64,000 nucleotides of DNA, taken from positions 106,988 through 170,987 of the forward strand of contig JBCCNL010000001.1 of NCBI GenBank assembly GCA_039025855.1. The letters run 5' to 3'. The notes under the pieces were generated by a model. That model searched no databases and had not been told where the DNA came from. It saw only the letters and a program-made list of their open reading frames with translations. The position numbers and the translations under genes are program-made. The stretch is from Planctomycetota bacterium. Its GTDB lineage: Bacteria; Planctomycetota; Phycisphaerae; Phycisphaerales; Phycisphaeraceae. How positions within the stretch are numbered: the stretch's first letter is position 1; each line of letters opens with the position of its first letter. Below, piece after piece: positions 9,855-18,640 of this stretch.

Positions 9855-12800
9855 ATGTTGCGGGCTAGACATCCCACGAAGCGGTTCAACGCTCAGCCGA
9901 GGAGAGAAGGCCCCATGTCGTCGCCCCCCAAACGCCACGCCCTCACGCCACCCGTAAACGCGCCGCTCATCGAATCCCTGGAGCCCAGGGTCCTCCTCTC
10001 GGCGACCCCGTCGGGAGCCACCCCCGCCTTCACCGACAACCTCCCCTGGGCCGAGACCTTCGAGTCGCTGCCCAACGGCACCGACGTCGACACCGGCGAC
10101 ACCGCCTGGTCCATCGATCGTTCCAACGCCCGACCGACCGCGCTCATCGCCGTCAGCAACGGCGCCTTCCGCGCCCAAGGCACCGGCGGCGAAGCCGTCT
10201 GGTGTTCGGATACCCTCGACATCTCGCAGCGCACCGGCGTCGACCTCTCACTCGATCTCGACGGCGCCGGCACCCTCGAAAACGCCGGTGATTTCCTCGA
10301 CTACCTCCGCGTCTACGCCGTCATCGACGGCGGCCCCGAACAGCTACTCGCCGAACGCGTCGGTAACATCAACAACGGCCAACCCGAAACCCTCACCGTT
10401 AACGGCCTCGCAGGCTCCACCCTCCAGATCGTCATCCGCACCCTTACCACAGGCGCCACCGAAGCGTACCTCTGGGACAACCTCACCCTCACACCCAACC
10501 CAGACGACCCGCCACCGCCGCCGCCACCCCCGACCGGCGACGAACTGCCGTGGACCGAGACCTTTGGCGGGCTGCCCAACGGCACCACCACAGACACCGG
10601 TACCACGGCATGGACCACCGACGGGTCGAACCTCGGCGGATCAGCACAAGTCGGCGTCAGCAACGGCACCTTCCGTGCCCAAGGCACCGGCGGCGAAGCC
10701 GTCTGGCTTTCTGAAACCCTCGACATCTCGCAGCGCACCGGCGTCGATCTCTCCCTCGACCTCGACGGTGCCGGCACCCTCGAAAACGCAGGCGATTTCC
10801 TCGACTACCTCCGCGTCTACGCCATTATCGACGGCGGCCCCGAACAGCTCCTCGCCGAACGCCTCGGCAACGTCAACAACGGCCAACCCGAAACCCTCAC
10901 CGTCAACGACCTCGCGGGCTCCACCCTCCAGATCGTCATCCGCACCCTCACCACAGGCTCCACTGAAGCCTACCTCTGGGACAACCTCACCCTCACACCC
11001 AACCCGGACGACCCGCCGCCGCCACCACCCAACAACGACCCGATCGCCAACAACGACTCGGCCACCGTCAACGAAAACGGCTCCATCCTCATCCCCGTCC
11101 TCAGCAACGACACCGACCCCGACAACGACACCCTCGCCATCACCGGCGTCACCGTCGACCCCACCCAGGGCCAGGCCACCGTCGAGGGCAATGCGATCCG
11201 CTACACCCCAGACACCGACACCAACGGCAGCGACACCTTCACCTACGCCATCAGCGACGGTAATGGCGGCAACGCCTCCGCCACGGTCGCCCTCACCATC
11301 ACACCTGCACCGCCACCGCCGCCGCCACCGCCACCCAGCGGCCTGCCGTGGAGCGAAACCTTCGCCGGGCTCCCCAACGGCACCACTACCGACACCGGCG
11401 ACACCGCCTGGTCCGTCGACGATTCGCAGGCCGGCGGCGGCGCCACCATCGGCGTCGATGGCGGCTGGTTCGCCGTCCGCAACACCGATGGCTTGGTGAC
11501 CTGGAGCAGCGAGGTCATCGACTTCGGCGGCGCCGCCACCGTCGACCTCACCTTGGACATCCAAGGCCTCGGCGGCCTCGATAGCTCCGGCCGATTCGCC
11601 GACGCGCTCCGCGTCTACACCCGCGTCGACGGCGGCCCCGAAACGCTCATCGCCGAACGCCTCGGCCGATTCAACAGCAGCAACCCGCAGACCCTCACCG
11701 TCGACGGCATCACCGGCTCCAGCCTGCAGGTCATCGTCCGCGCTTCCAACACCGCCAACAACGAGACCTACCGCTGGGACAACCTCACCGTCACCACCGT
11801 CGTCCCGCCGCCCCCGCCCGACCCACAGCCGGGCACCCTCGCCCTGGCCAGCAGCCAGTTCGCGGTCAATGAAGACGCCGGCGTCGTCACCATCGGCGTG
11901 ACCCGCACCGGCGGCAGCGACGGCGTGGTCTCCATCGACTACCTCACCGCCGAGGGCTCCGCCACCGCCGGCGACGACTTCACCCCTGTCAGCGGCACCC
12001 TCGTCTTCGCCGACGGCCAGACCTTCGCCAGCTTCGACGTGCCCATCCTGCAGGACACCGACTTCGAGACCGAAGAGACCTTCGCCGTCTCGCTCAACCG
12101 CGTCGGCGGCGAGGCCAACCTCGCCCAGCCCCGCACCGCCACCGTCACCCTCGCCGACGACGACACCGACACACCCACCCCCGGCACCGGCGACGGGCTC
12201 GCCGCCGTCTACTTCGATCAGCTCGGGTTCGCCGGCCCGTCCGTCACCCGTATCGATCCCGACGTCAACTTCGACTGGGCCTCCGGCTCACCCGACCCCG
12301 CGATCGGCAACAACACCTTCTCCGCCCGCTGGACCGGCCAGATCGAAGCCCTCTACTCCGAACGCTACACCTTCACCACCACGGCCGACGACGGCATCCG
12401 CCTCTGGGTCGACGACCAGCTCATCATCGACCGCTGGAACGACCAGACGGCCACCAGCTTCACCGGCACCATCGACCTCACCGCAGGCCAACGCGTCAAC
12501 CTCCGCCTCGAGTACTACGAGAACGGCGGCGCCGCCGTCGCCCAACTCGCCTGGCAGAGCGCCTCCCAAGCCTTCGAAATCGTCCCCACAAGCCAGCTCT
12601 ACAGCACCGGCTACACCGGCGATGTCGATCCGCCCACCAGCCTCAACCTCTCCGCCGAAACCATCATCACCGGGCTCAACCAGCCCACCGCCCTCTCCTT
12701 CCTCCCCAACGGCACCGCCCTCGTCGCCCAGAAGAACGGCGTCGTCCGGGCCTACCAGAACGGCCAACTCCTCAGCACCCCCTTCATCGACCTCAGCGAA

Positions 12801-13886
12801 GAGGTCAACGGCGTCCGTGACCGCGGCCTGCTCGGGCTCGCCGTCCACCCCGACTTCGACAACAACCCCTACGTCTACCTCCTCTACACCTACGACCCGC
12901 CCGAAACCCAAGGCCAGGCCGGCTTCGCCGGGCCCGACGGCCGCGGCTCCCGTGTCTCCCGGCTCCTCCGCGTCACCGCCGACCCCGCCACCGACTTCGC
13001 CACCGCCATCGCCAACTCCGGCGTCGTCATCCTCGGCACCAACAGCACCTACGAGAACATCGGCGCGCCCGACCGCGGCCAGTCCATCAACAACCCCTAC
13101 GGTGGCCTCGACGAAAACGGCAACTACATCCAGGACGTCCTGCCCATCGACTCGGAGTCCCACACCATCGGCGGACTCGCCTTCCTCCCCGACGGCTCGC
13201 TCATCGTCTCCAGCGGCGACGGCACCTCCTACGGCGCGGTCGACCCTCAGTCCTCACGCGTCCAGGACCTCGACTCGCTCAACGGCAAGATCCTCCGCAT
13301 CGACCCCATCACCGGCGACGGGCTGGCCGACAACCCCTTCTACACCGGCGACCCCGACGCCAACGCCTCCAAGGTCTGGGCCCTGGGCTTCCGCAACCCC
13401 TTCCGCATCGCCGTCAACCCCACCAACGGCAAGCTCTACGTCGGCGACGTCGGCTGGACCCGATGGGAAGAGGTCAACGAGGTCGTCCGCGGCGGCAACT
13501 ACGGCTGGCCCTGGTTCGAGGGCGGCAACGGTGCCCCGATCCAGACCAACGGCTACCGCGACCTCCAGGACGCCCAGGACTTCTACGCCGCCGGCACCCC
13601 CGTCGAGCCCTCGCTCTTCGCCCGCTCTCATTCCGACGGCGGCGTGGCCGTCGTCGTCGGCGATGTCTACACCGGCACCGTCTACGACAGCAGCTACGAC
13701 AACGCCCTGTTCTTCACCGACTACGGCACAGGTGCGATCGAAGCCCTGGTCTTCGACGATGCCGGCGGACTCGTCGGCGTCAACACCGTCACCGACCGCA
13801 TCGGCGTCGTCGTCGAAATGACCATGGGCCCCGACGGCACCATGTGGTACGTCGACATCACCGGCAGCGTCGGTCGGCTCGTGTAA
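9855..13886 (+). CDS. Large secreted multidomain protein: three copies of an unassigned ~165-aa module, a cadherin-like/VCBS-type segment, Calx-beta, PA14, and a PQQ-type glucose/sorbosone dehydrogenase beta-propeller
   Basis: N-terminal LIESLEPRVLLSA motif. Modules follow LPW.ETF..LPNGT..DTG.TAW...YLWDNLT, separated by poly-Pro linkers. Cadherin-like segment: NNDSATVNENGSILIPVLSNDTDPDNDTL. Calx-beta: VVSIDYLTAEGSATAGDDFTPVSGTLVFADGQT. PA14: FSARWTGQIEALYSERYTFTTTADDGIRLWVDDQLIIDRW. SGDH: LNQPTALSFLPNGTALVAQKNGVVRAY...RGLLGLAVHPDF. An alternative start is the ATG at 9915. Confidence 0.85.
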   Translation: MLRARHPTKRFNAQPRREGPMSSPPKRHALTPPVNAPLIESLEPRVLLSATPSGATPAFTDNLPWAETFESLPNGTDVDTGDTAWSIDRSNARPTALIAVSNGAFRAQGTGGEAVWCSDTLDISQRTGVDLSLDLDGAGTLENAGDFLDYLRVYAVIDGGPEQLLAERVGNINNGQPETLTVNGLAGSTLQIVIRTLTTGATEAYLWDNLTLTPNPDDPPPPPPPPTGDELPWTETFGGLPNGTTTDTGTTAWTTDGSNLGGSAQVGVSNGTFRAQGTGGEAVWLSETLDISQRTGVDLSLDLDGAGTLENAGDFLDYLRVYAIIDGGPEQLLAERLGNVNNGQPETLTVNDLAGSTLQIVIRTLTTGSTEAYLWDNLTLTPNPDDPPPPPPNNDPIANNDSATVNENGSILIPVLSNDTDPDNDTLAITGVTVDPTQGQATVEGNAIRYTPDTDTNGSDTFTYAISDGNGGNASATVALTITPAPPPPPPPPPSGLPWSETFAGLPNGTTTDTGDTAWSVDDSQAGGGATIGVDGGWFAVRNTDGLVTWSSEVIDFGGAATVDLTLDIQGLGGLDSSGRFADALRVYTRVDGGPETLIAERLGRFNSSNPQTLTVDGITGSSLQVIVRASNTANNETYRWDNLTVTTVVPPPPPDPQPGTLALASSQFAVNEDAGVVTIGVTRTGGSDGVVSIDYLTAEGSATAGDDFTPVSGTLVFADGQTFASFDVPILQDTDFETEETFAVSLNRVGGEANLAQPRTATVTLADDDTDTPTPGTGDGLAAVYFDQLGFAGPSVTRIDPDVNFDWASGSPDPAIGNNTFSARWTGQIEALYSERYTFTTTADDGIRLWVDDQLIIDRWNDQTATSFTGTIDLTAGQRVNLRLEYYENGGAAVAQLAWQSASQAFEIVPTSQLYSTGYTGDVDPPTSLNLSAETIITGLNQPTALSFLPNGTALVAQKNGVVRAYQNGQLLSTPFIDLSEEVNGVRDRGLLGLAVHPDFDNNPYVYLLYTYDPPETQGQAGFAGPDGRGSRVSRLLRVTADPATDFATAIANSGVVILGTNSTYENIGAPDRGQSINNPYGGLDENGNYIQDVLPIDSESHTIGGLAFLPDGSLIVSSGDGTSYGAVDPQSSRVQDLDSLNGKILRIDPITGDGLADNPFYTGDPDANASKVWALGFRNPFRIAVNPTNGKLYVGDVGWTRWEEVNEVVRGGNYGWPWFEGGNGAPIQTNGYRDLQDAQDFYAAGTPVEPSLFARSHSDGGVAVVVGDVYTGTVYDSSYDNALFFTDYGTGAIEALVFDDAGGLVGVNTVTDRIGVVVEMTMGPDGTMWYVDITGSVGRLV
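10041..11030 (+). repeat. Intragenic tandem duplication, period 504 bp (168 codons), two highly similar copies; a third divergent copy starts at about 11343
   Basis: Copy 1 starts at ctcccctgggccgagacc (10041) and copy 2 at ctgccgtggaccgagacc (10545). Long stretches are identical between copies, for example ggcaccggcggcgaagccgtctgg...ctcgacatctcgcagcgcaccggcgtcga...gatttcctcgactacctccgcgtctacgcc. Confidence 0.85.
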
Positions 13887-14197
13887 GACCCGGTGGGTCC
13901 AAAGCCCACTGCGGAGCGCGTTGGCGGACAACCGCTGGCCCAACCCGCCGCCGAAGTCACACGCGCTAGCGTCCCTGCTCTTATGTTTGGCCACTATCGC
14001 CATAGCATCACATCACATCAACCCGCTGAACACCCGCCAGACCCAACGGCTCTGATCCAGCACCGCGTCGGCCCTACAGGGACCCCATAAAAACACACCA
14101 CCGCTTCTGCACTTGCGCATTAATCCTGCTTGCCTCACTCGGTGCGGCAGCCGACGACCGATGAAGCAATGGTCGACACCACGCCGGTTAAGTCGGG

Positions 14198-15544
14198 TCA
14201 GTTGTGAAGGGGGTAGCGGTGACCGATCGCGTGCAGGTAGGCACAGGCCGCGTCGCGTGTGGTCTGCTGGTTCTCGAGGATGCTCCAGCCGTCTCGGCCC
14301 GGGATCATGTTGCCCTTGGACTTCTGCCGCGCATGGAAGAAGTCGAGCAGCTTGAGCCGCCAACGCATGCTCAGCGGGATGTCGTCGAAGCGTCCGGACA
14401 AGACGGCGATGAGTGCCCGGTGGACGCCGAGCGGCCCTTTGCCCTGAAGCAGCAGTTCGCGGAACGGGTGGCTGTAGAAGAGATTGATGTAGTGCAACAT
14501 CAATCCTCGGCGTGCGGCGCCGCGCTCGAGGAAGTGCTGCTTTGCCCGTTGCGGGTTGTCGTTGCTCAGGACCTGGTCGGCGGCGTGGGCGGCGTCCAGC
14601 GCGCTGGCGATCGCGAGGCGCACGCCGGAGGAAAACACGGGGTCCAGGAAGGCCTCGGCATCGCCGACCATCAGGTAGCCGTCGCCGGCACCGGGTGAAC
14701 AGGTGTAGGAGAAGTCGGCCACCGACCACGTGGTCTCGGGGAAGGTCGCGTTGGCGGTGCGCTTGGCGAGCAGCGGGGTGCGTGCGATGGACCAGGCGAG
14801 TTCTTCGCCGGGCTTGACCCCCTGCTTGCGCATCGCGGTGCTGGCGGACTTATCGACGACCAGGCCGATGGAGGTGCGCTGGTCGTCGATGGGGATCACC
14901 CAGTACCAGGCCTCGTTGGCCATGACGACCGAGATGAAGCCCTCGGCGTCGCCGGCGAGGCGCTCGACGCCGGTGAAGTGCCCGACGAACGCGACCTTGC
15001 GGTGGTTCTCGAGAACCTTCTTCGTGCCGAGGTGTTTGCCGAGCACGGTGGCCTGTCCGGAACAGTCGATCACCATCCGGGCGTGCATCGGGCCAGCGGA
15101 CGTCTGCAGAGCGCAGTCGCCCTGGCTGAGCCTCTCGATGGACTGAACGCCGACACCTTGATGCAGCGTCACGCCCGGTTGCTCGGCCGCGAAGTCGAGC
15201 ACGGCCTTGTCGAAGACGCAGCGCTCGATGTTGAACGTCTCGGTCTGCCCCCACCGCTTGCCCGATTCGAAGTAGAGCATCGCGCCCTGGTCTTCTTGAC
15301 CGGCCGAGACGATCTCGGCGCCGCGCTTCGTGATCCTGGGCAGCTTCTGCAGCGTCTCGGTCAGGCCCAGGCTGTCGAGCATCGGGTTAACGCTCGGCAG
15401 CAAAGACTCGCCGACGTGGAAACGAGGGAAGTGCTCCCGCTCGATGATGTCGACGGTGTAGCCGCGGCGCGACAACGCGATCGCGGTGCACGCCCCCGCG
15501 GGCCCACCTCCAATGATCAATGCGTCGGCTGGCTTCTGTTTCAC
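14198..15544 (-). CDS. Flavin-dependent halogenase (tryptophan-halogenase-like FAD enzyme)
   Basis: FAD-binding ALIIGGGPAGACTA, plus the halogenase signature WxWxIP present as EAWYWVIPIDD. The GTG start overlaps the stop of the upstream gene (GTGA). Confidence 0.7.
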   Translation of the reverse strand: MKQKPADALIIGGGPAGACTAIALSRRGYTVDIIEREHFPRFHVGESLLPSVNPMLDSLGLTETLQKLPRITKRGAEIVSAGQEDQGAMLYFESGKRWGQTETFNIERCVFDKAVLDFAAEQPGVTLHQGVGVQSIERLSQGDCALQTSAGPMHARMVIDCSGQATVLGKHLGTKKVLENHRKVAFVGHFTGVERLAGDAEGFISVVMANEAWYWVIPIDDQRTSIGLVVDKSASTAMRKQGVKPGEELAWSIARTPLLAKRTANATFPETTWSVADFSYTCSPGAGDGYLMVGDAEAFLDPVFSSGVRLAIASALDAAHAADQVLSNDNPQRAKQHFLERGAARRGLMLHYINLFYSHPFRELLLQGKGPLGVHRALIAVLSGRFDDIPLSMRWRLKLLDFFHARQKSKGNMIPGRDGWSILENQQTTRDAACAYLHAIGHRYPLHN

Positions 15545-16455
15545 GAGGCGGCCTCGATCTCAAGACAGAGGTTGTTGCGGCAGATGTCCGATCGCATCAG
15601 TTCGATCGACACCCGCGAAGGGTAGGCCGATTCAATCCCCCGGGCTAACGCGGGCAGGTCTTCGGCATCGGTCGCGTAGATCCGGAAGTGACGCAGCCGA
15701 TCGTCCGGCTCACCGATGCCGGCCATCACCGCCCGCAGGTTGGCGAGGGTTTCGTCGAACTGGGCCTGCAGCTGGTTGGGGTGTTGGCTCTCTTCACCGA
15801 CGATGCTCGCGGTGCCGGAGACAAAGAGGTGCTGCCCGAAGCGCATGGCCCGGACGAAGACGGGCGGGCTCGGCCCGAAGCGCGGCGAGTAGCGGTAGGC
15901 CGGGGTTTGACGCGGGTTCTCCAGGGCCTCGCCGGGCTGCTCGCTGGCCAGGAGGTGGACCTGCAGGTGCTCGCCGAGGTGCCCAACGGCGGTCGCGGCC
16001 GGCGTGCGATGGGGCAGTTGGTCCTCGCCGAAGCGTTGGACGAACGCGGCGGTGCGCCCGGCGTTGAAGGCCATGTAGCGATCGAACGGCTCGTGTTCGG
16101 GGGCTTGAGATTCCCAGTCCGCGAGCTGGTCGGCGGGGGCGGTGATGGGCTGGACGATGCCGGGCAGCCCGTTCCAGAGGCGGAGCAGGTGGGGGTGCCC
16201 GGTCTGGTCGAGCAGGTCGAAGAGCCGGGTGTAGAGGTCCTCGACGGTGTCTTCGAGCTGACGGGCGTCCATGGTGCTGGCGTGGGGGAGCGCGGCGTGG
16301 ACCCGGAGCATGCCGTTCTGTGCGGCGTGGTTCAGGGTGGCATCGCCCGACGGCGCAGCGGGCGGCGGGCAGAGCGCGTCGAGCCAGGACGGGGCGAGCA
16401 GCTCGTCGTCGGGCAGCTGTCGGATGCGGGGCGTGTCAGTCGTCGGTGGGTGCAT
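15541..16455 (-). CDS. FkbO/Hyg5/XanB2-type chorismatase (hydroxybenzoate synthase), RidA/YjgF-like fold
   Basis: The C-terminal half, HLFVSGTASIVGEESQHPNQLQAQFDETLANLRAVM...LCLEIEAAS, fits the SGTASI-type chorismatase/RidA pattern. The gene sits between a KS and a halogenase, as in xanthomonadin clusters. Confidence 0.6.
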   Translation of the reverse strand: MHPPTTDTPRIRQLPDDELLAPSWLDALCPPPAAPSGDATLNHAAQNGMLRVHAALPHASTMDARQLEDTVEDLYTRLFDLLDQTGHPHLLRLWNGLPGIVQPITAPADQLADWESQAPEHEPFDRYMAFNAGRTAAFVQRFGEDQLPHRTPAATAVGHLGEHLQVHLLASEQPGEALENPRQTPAYRYSPRFGPSPPVFVRAMRFGQHLFVSGTASIVGEESQHPNQLQAQFDETLANLRAVMAGIGEPDDRLRHFRIYATDAEDLPALARGIESAYPSRVSIELMRSDICRNNLCLEIEAAS

Positions 16456-18640
16456 CGGGTCTGGATACGATAATGCTGCTGCGGAGTCCGGAGGGGCAGG
16501 CGGACGCGAGATTTGTAGACGGCGGACCTAGCTGGGCCAGGGTGTGGAGCAGCGCGAGGCCGGTGCCGAGGGCGAACCAGGGCCCGTGGGGGAAGGGCTG
16601 GTGCCCGGCGGTGCGGAGCGGTTGCTCTTGCCGCAGATCGGTCGGGCAGAACGCGGGGCTCGGGCGGCCCTGCGTGAAGAGCTCGGCCAAGGCTTCGGTC
16701 GGGTCGTGGTATGAAACGAGGCTCGGGTCGCTCAGGACGGCCACAGGCTTGCTGCTCGCGTCCAAACGCTGGAGCACCAGCGCGATCGCGCCTTCGTGTG
16801 GGGCCGCATCGGGTGCGATGTGGCCAAAGTCCGCGACGATCTGCCGCACCAACGGGTGATCCTCCTCGGCGATACAGACGATCGCGGTGGTCCACCGCCC
16901 CGAAGCGATCCGGGCGGTCGCTAAGGCGAGGGCGTCGAGGCCGCTGGTGTGCGTGCCGATGATGCTCTGGCTTGGGCCGTGCAGCTTGTAGACCATCGAG
17001 AGGTGCGCCGCCGGTGCGTTGGGCACACCCTCGGCGAAGAGCAGCGGGTTGGCGGCCTGATAGCCCTCTTCGATCAGCGGCTTGTAGTAGTCGAGCGCGT
17101 AGCTCGCGGACCCGTTGGCGGAGGCGACCAGGCAGGCGGGCCGGGCTTCGGCGGGCGCATCGAGCCCGGGCAGGTCGGCCGGGTCGATCCCCGCGCGGTG
17201 CAGGGCGAGGTCGGTGGCCTTGAGGGCCAGACGGGTCAGCGGGCTGAGCCTCCGGGTCTTGGCCCGGGGCATGCCGGTGTTGAGGTCTGCCGGTGCGATG
17301 GTGCCGGTCGCCCACAGCAAGTCTTGATCCGGTACGCCTTCGCAGACGATGCCCGGCAGCACCACGCCAACGCCCGTGATCGCGACGCCTTGTTGGTCTT
17401 GGCTGCCTTGGTGATCCGAATGGTGAACGGACTGGGGATCCGAGCCGGGCGCGGACTGGATCATGCCGACGTTGGCCCCGCCGAAGCCAAGCGAGCTGGA
17501 GAGGAAGTGCGGGATCGGCGTGGCCAGCTCGGGCGGCGTCCCGGTGGCGAGTTGGACGGGCTCGCCGACCTGCTCGGGCGTGACGCTGGCGGTGGTGGGG
17601 AGTCGCCCGGCATCGAGGCAGGCACGGGCGATACCCGCTTCGAGTGCGCCGCAAGCGCCGAGGGTGTGACCGATCCGGCTCTTGAGGGCCGCGACCCGCG
17701 GGCCTTGGTCGCCGAAGACCTGGTGCAGGGCTTTGGCTTCCGCGGCGTCGTTGTCGCGGGTTCCGGTCGCGTGTGCCATCGCCAGGCCGATCGATGCTGT
17801 GTTGAGCTGAGCGTCACGCACAGCGTCGGCCATCGCGGCCGCAGCCCCCCTGCCGTCGGGGTGGGGCTGGGTGAGGTGGTGAGCGTCGGAGGACTCGCCG
17901 ATCCCGCGGATCAAGGCCTGCACGCCTTGGCCACGCTGCTCAGCATGCCCAGCGCGTTCGAGCACGAACACGGCGTAACCCTCGGAGACCTGCATGCCCT
18001 GGCGGTCGGCGGCGAACGGGCGCAGCCGGTCCATCGTGACCACGCGGAGCGAGTGGAACCCCGCGACGGCGTACTCGCTCACCGGGTCGTACCCGCCACA
18101 CAGGACGATGTCTGCGTCGCCGGACTCGAGGAGTGCGCGGGCGTGGCCGACCGACGAGAACGCCGATGCACACGCTGATGAGCAGGTCACGCGTGCTCCG
18201 CCGACGGGCAGGCCCTCGAGTGCGTGCTGCATGACGTGACCGGCCTGGAACCACGCGAAGACCGCGGTCGGCGATCCGCGCAGCCACGCCCCCGCGGCGT
18301 TCATGCCGTGGAGGCTGGTCCCGAGCACGGCACTGATCCGCTCCGGCGGACAGGGTGGGGCGTCGGCGTCGATGCCCGCCGCTTCGATCGCTTCGCGGGC
18401 CGCGATCGCCAGCCCGCGCGCGGCGCGTTCGTGGATCGGCAGGCCGGCGAGGCTGGCGCACTCGCCCCCGCGGATGCCCTCGTCGGCGACCTGCTCCGCC
18501 AGCTCCATGTCGCGGTAGGGGCCGAGCCCGACGCCGTCCCGGCACAGTGCCTCGACCTGCGCAGCGACGCCCGCGCCCAGCGGGCTGATGCAGCCGAACC
18601 CGGTGATCACGGGCGTGTTGCTTGGGTCTGCCTGACTCAT
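16436..18640 (-). CDS. Fused beta-ketoacyl synthase plus chain-length-factor-like (KS-CLF) protein
   Basis: The N-terminal half carries the KS triad context: VTCSSACASAFS (Cys), MAHATGTRDNDAAE (His), SRIGHTLGACGALE (His). The C-terminal half is KS-fold but lacks the Cys (ACLVASANGSASY). I prefer the ATG at 18640 (MSQADPSNTPVITGFGCISPLG), which overlaps the upstream stop (ATGA). Confidence 0.8.
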   Translation of the reverse strand: MSQADPSNTPVITGFGCISPLGAGVAAQVEALCRDGVGLGPYRDMELAEQVADEGIRGGECASLAGLPIHERAARGLAIAAREAIEAAGIDADAPPCPPERISAVLGTSLHGMNAAGAWLRGSPTAVFAWFQAGHVMQHALEGLPVGGARVTCSSACASAFSSVGHARALLESGDADIVLCGGYDPVSEYAVAGFHSLRVVTMDRLRPFAADRQGMQVSEGYAVFVLERAGHAEQRGQGVQALIRGIGESSDAHHLTQPHPDGRGAAAAMADAVRDAQLNTASIGLAMAHATGTRDNDAAEAKALHQVFGDQGPRVAALKSRIGHTLGACGALEAGIARACLDAGRLPTTASVTPEQVGEPVQLATGTPPELATPIPHFLSSSLGFGGANVGMIQSAPGSDPQSVHHSDHQGSQDQQGVAITGVGVVLPGIVCEGVPDQDLLWATGTIAPADLNTGMPRAKTRRLSPLTRLALKATDLALHRAGIDPADLPGLDAPAEARPACLVASANGSASYALDYYKPLIEEGYQAANPLLFAEGVPNAPAAHLSMVYKLHGPSQSIIGTHTSGLDALALATARIASGRWTTAIVCIAEEDHPLVRQIVADFGHIAPDAAPHEGAIALVLQRLDASSKPVAVLSDPSLVSYHDPTEALAELFTQGRPSPAFCPTDLRQEQPLRTAGHQPFPHGPWFALGTGLALLHTLAQLGPPSTNLASACPSGLRSSIIVSRPDAPTDD

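Noticed and set aside
13887-13899. A small hairpin, GACCC-ggt-GGGTC, right after the stop of the giant gene, considered as an intrinsic terminator.
   Set aside because: The stem is only 5 bp with a 3-nt loop and no U-tract. That is too weak to call.
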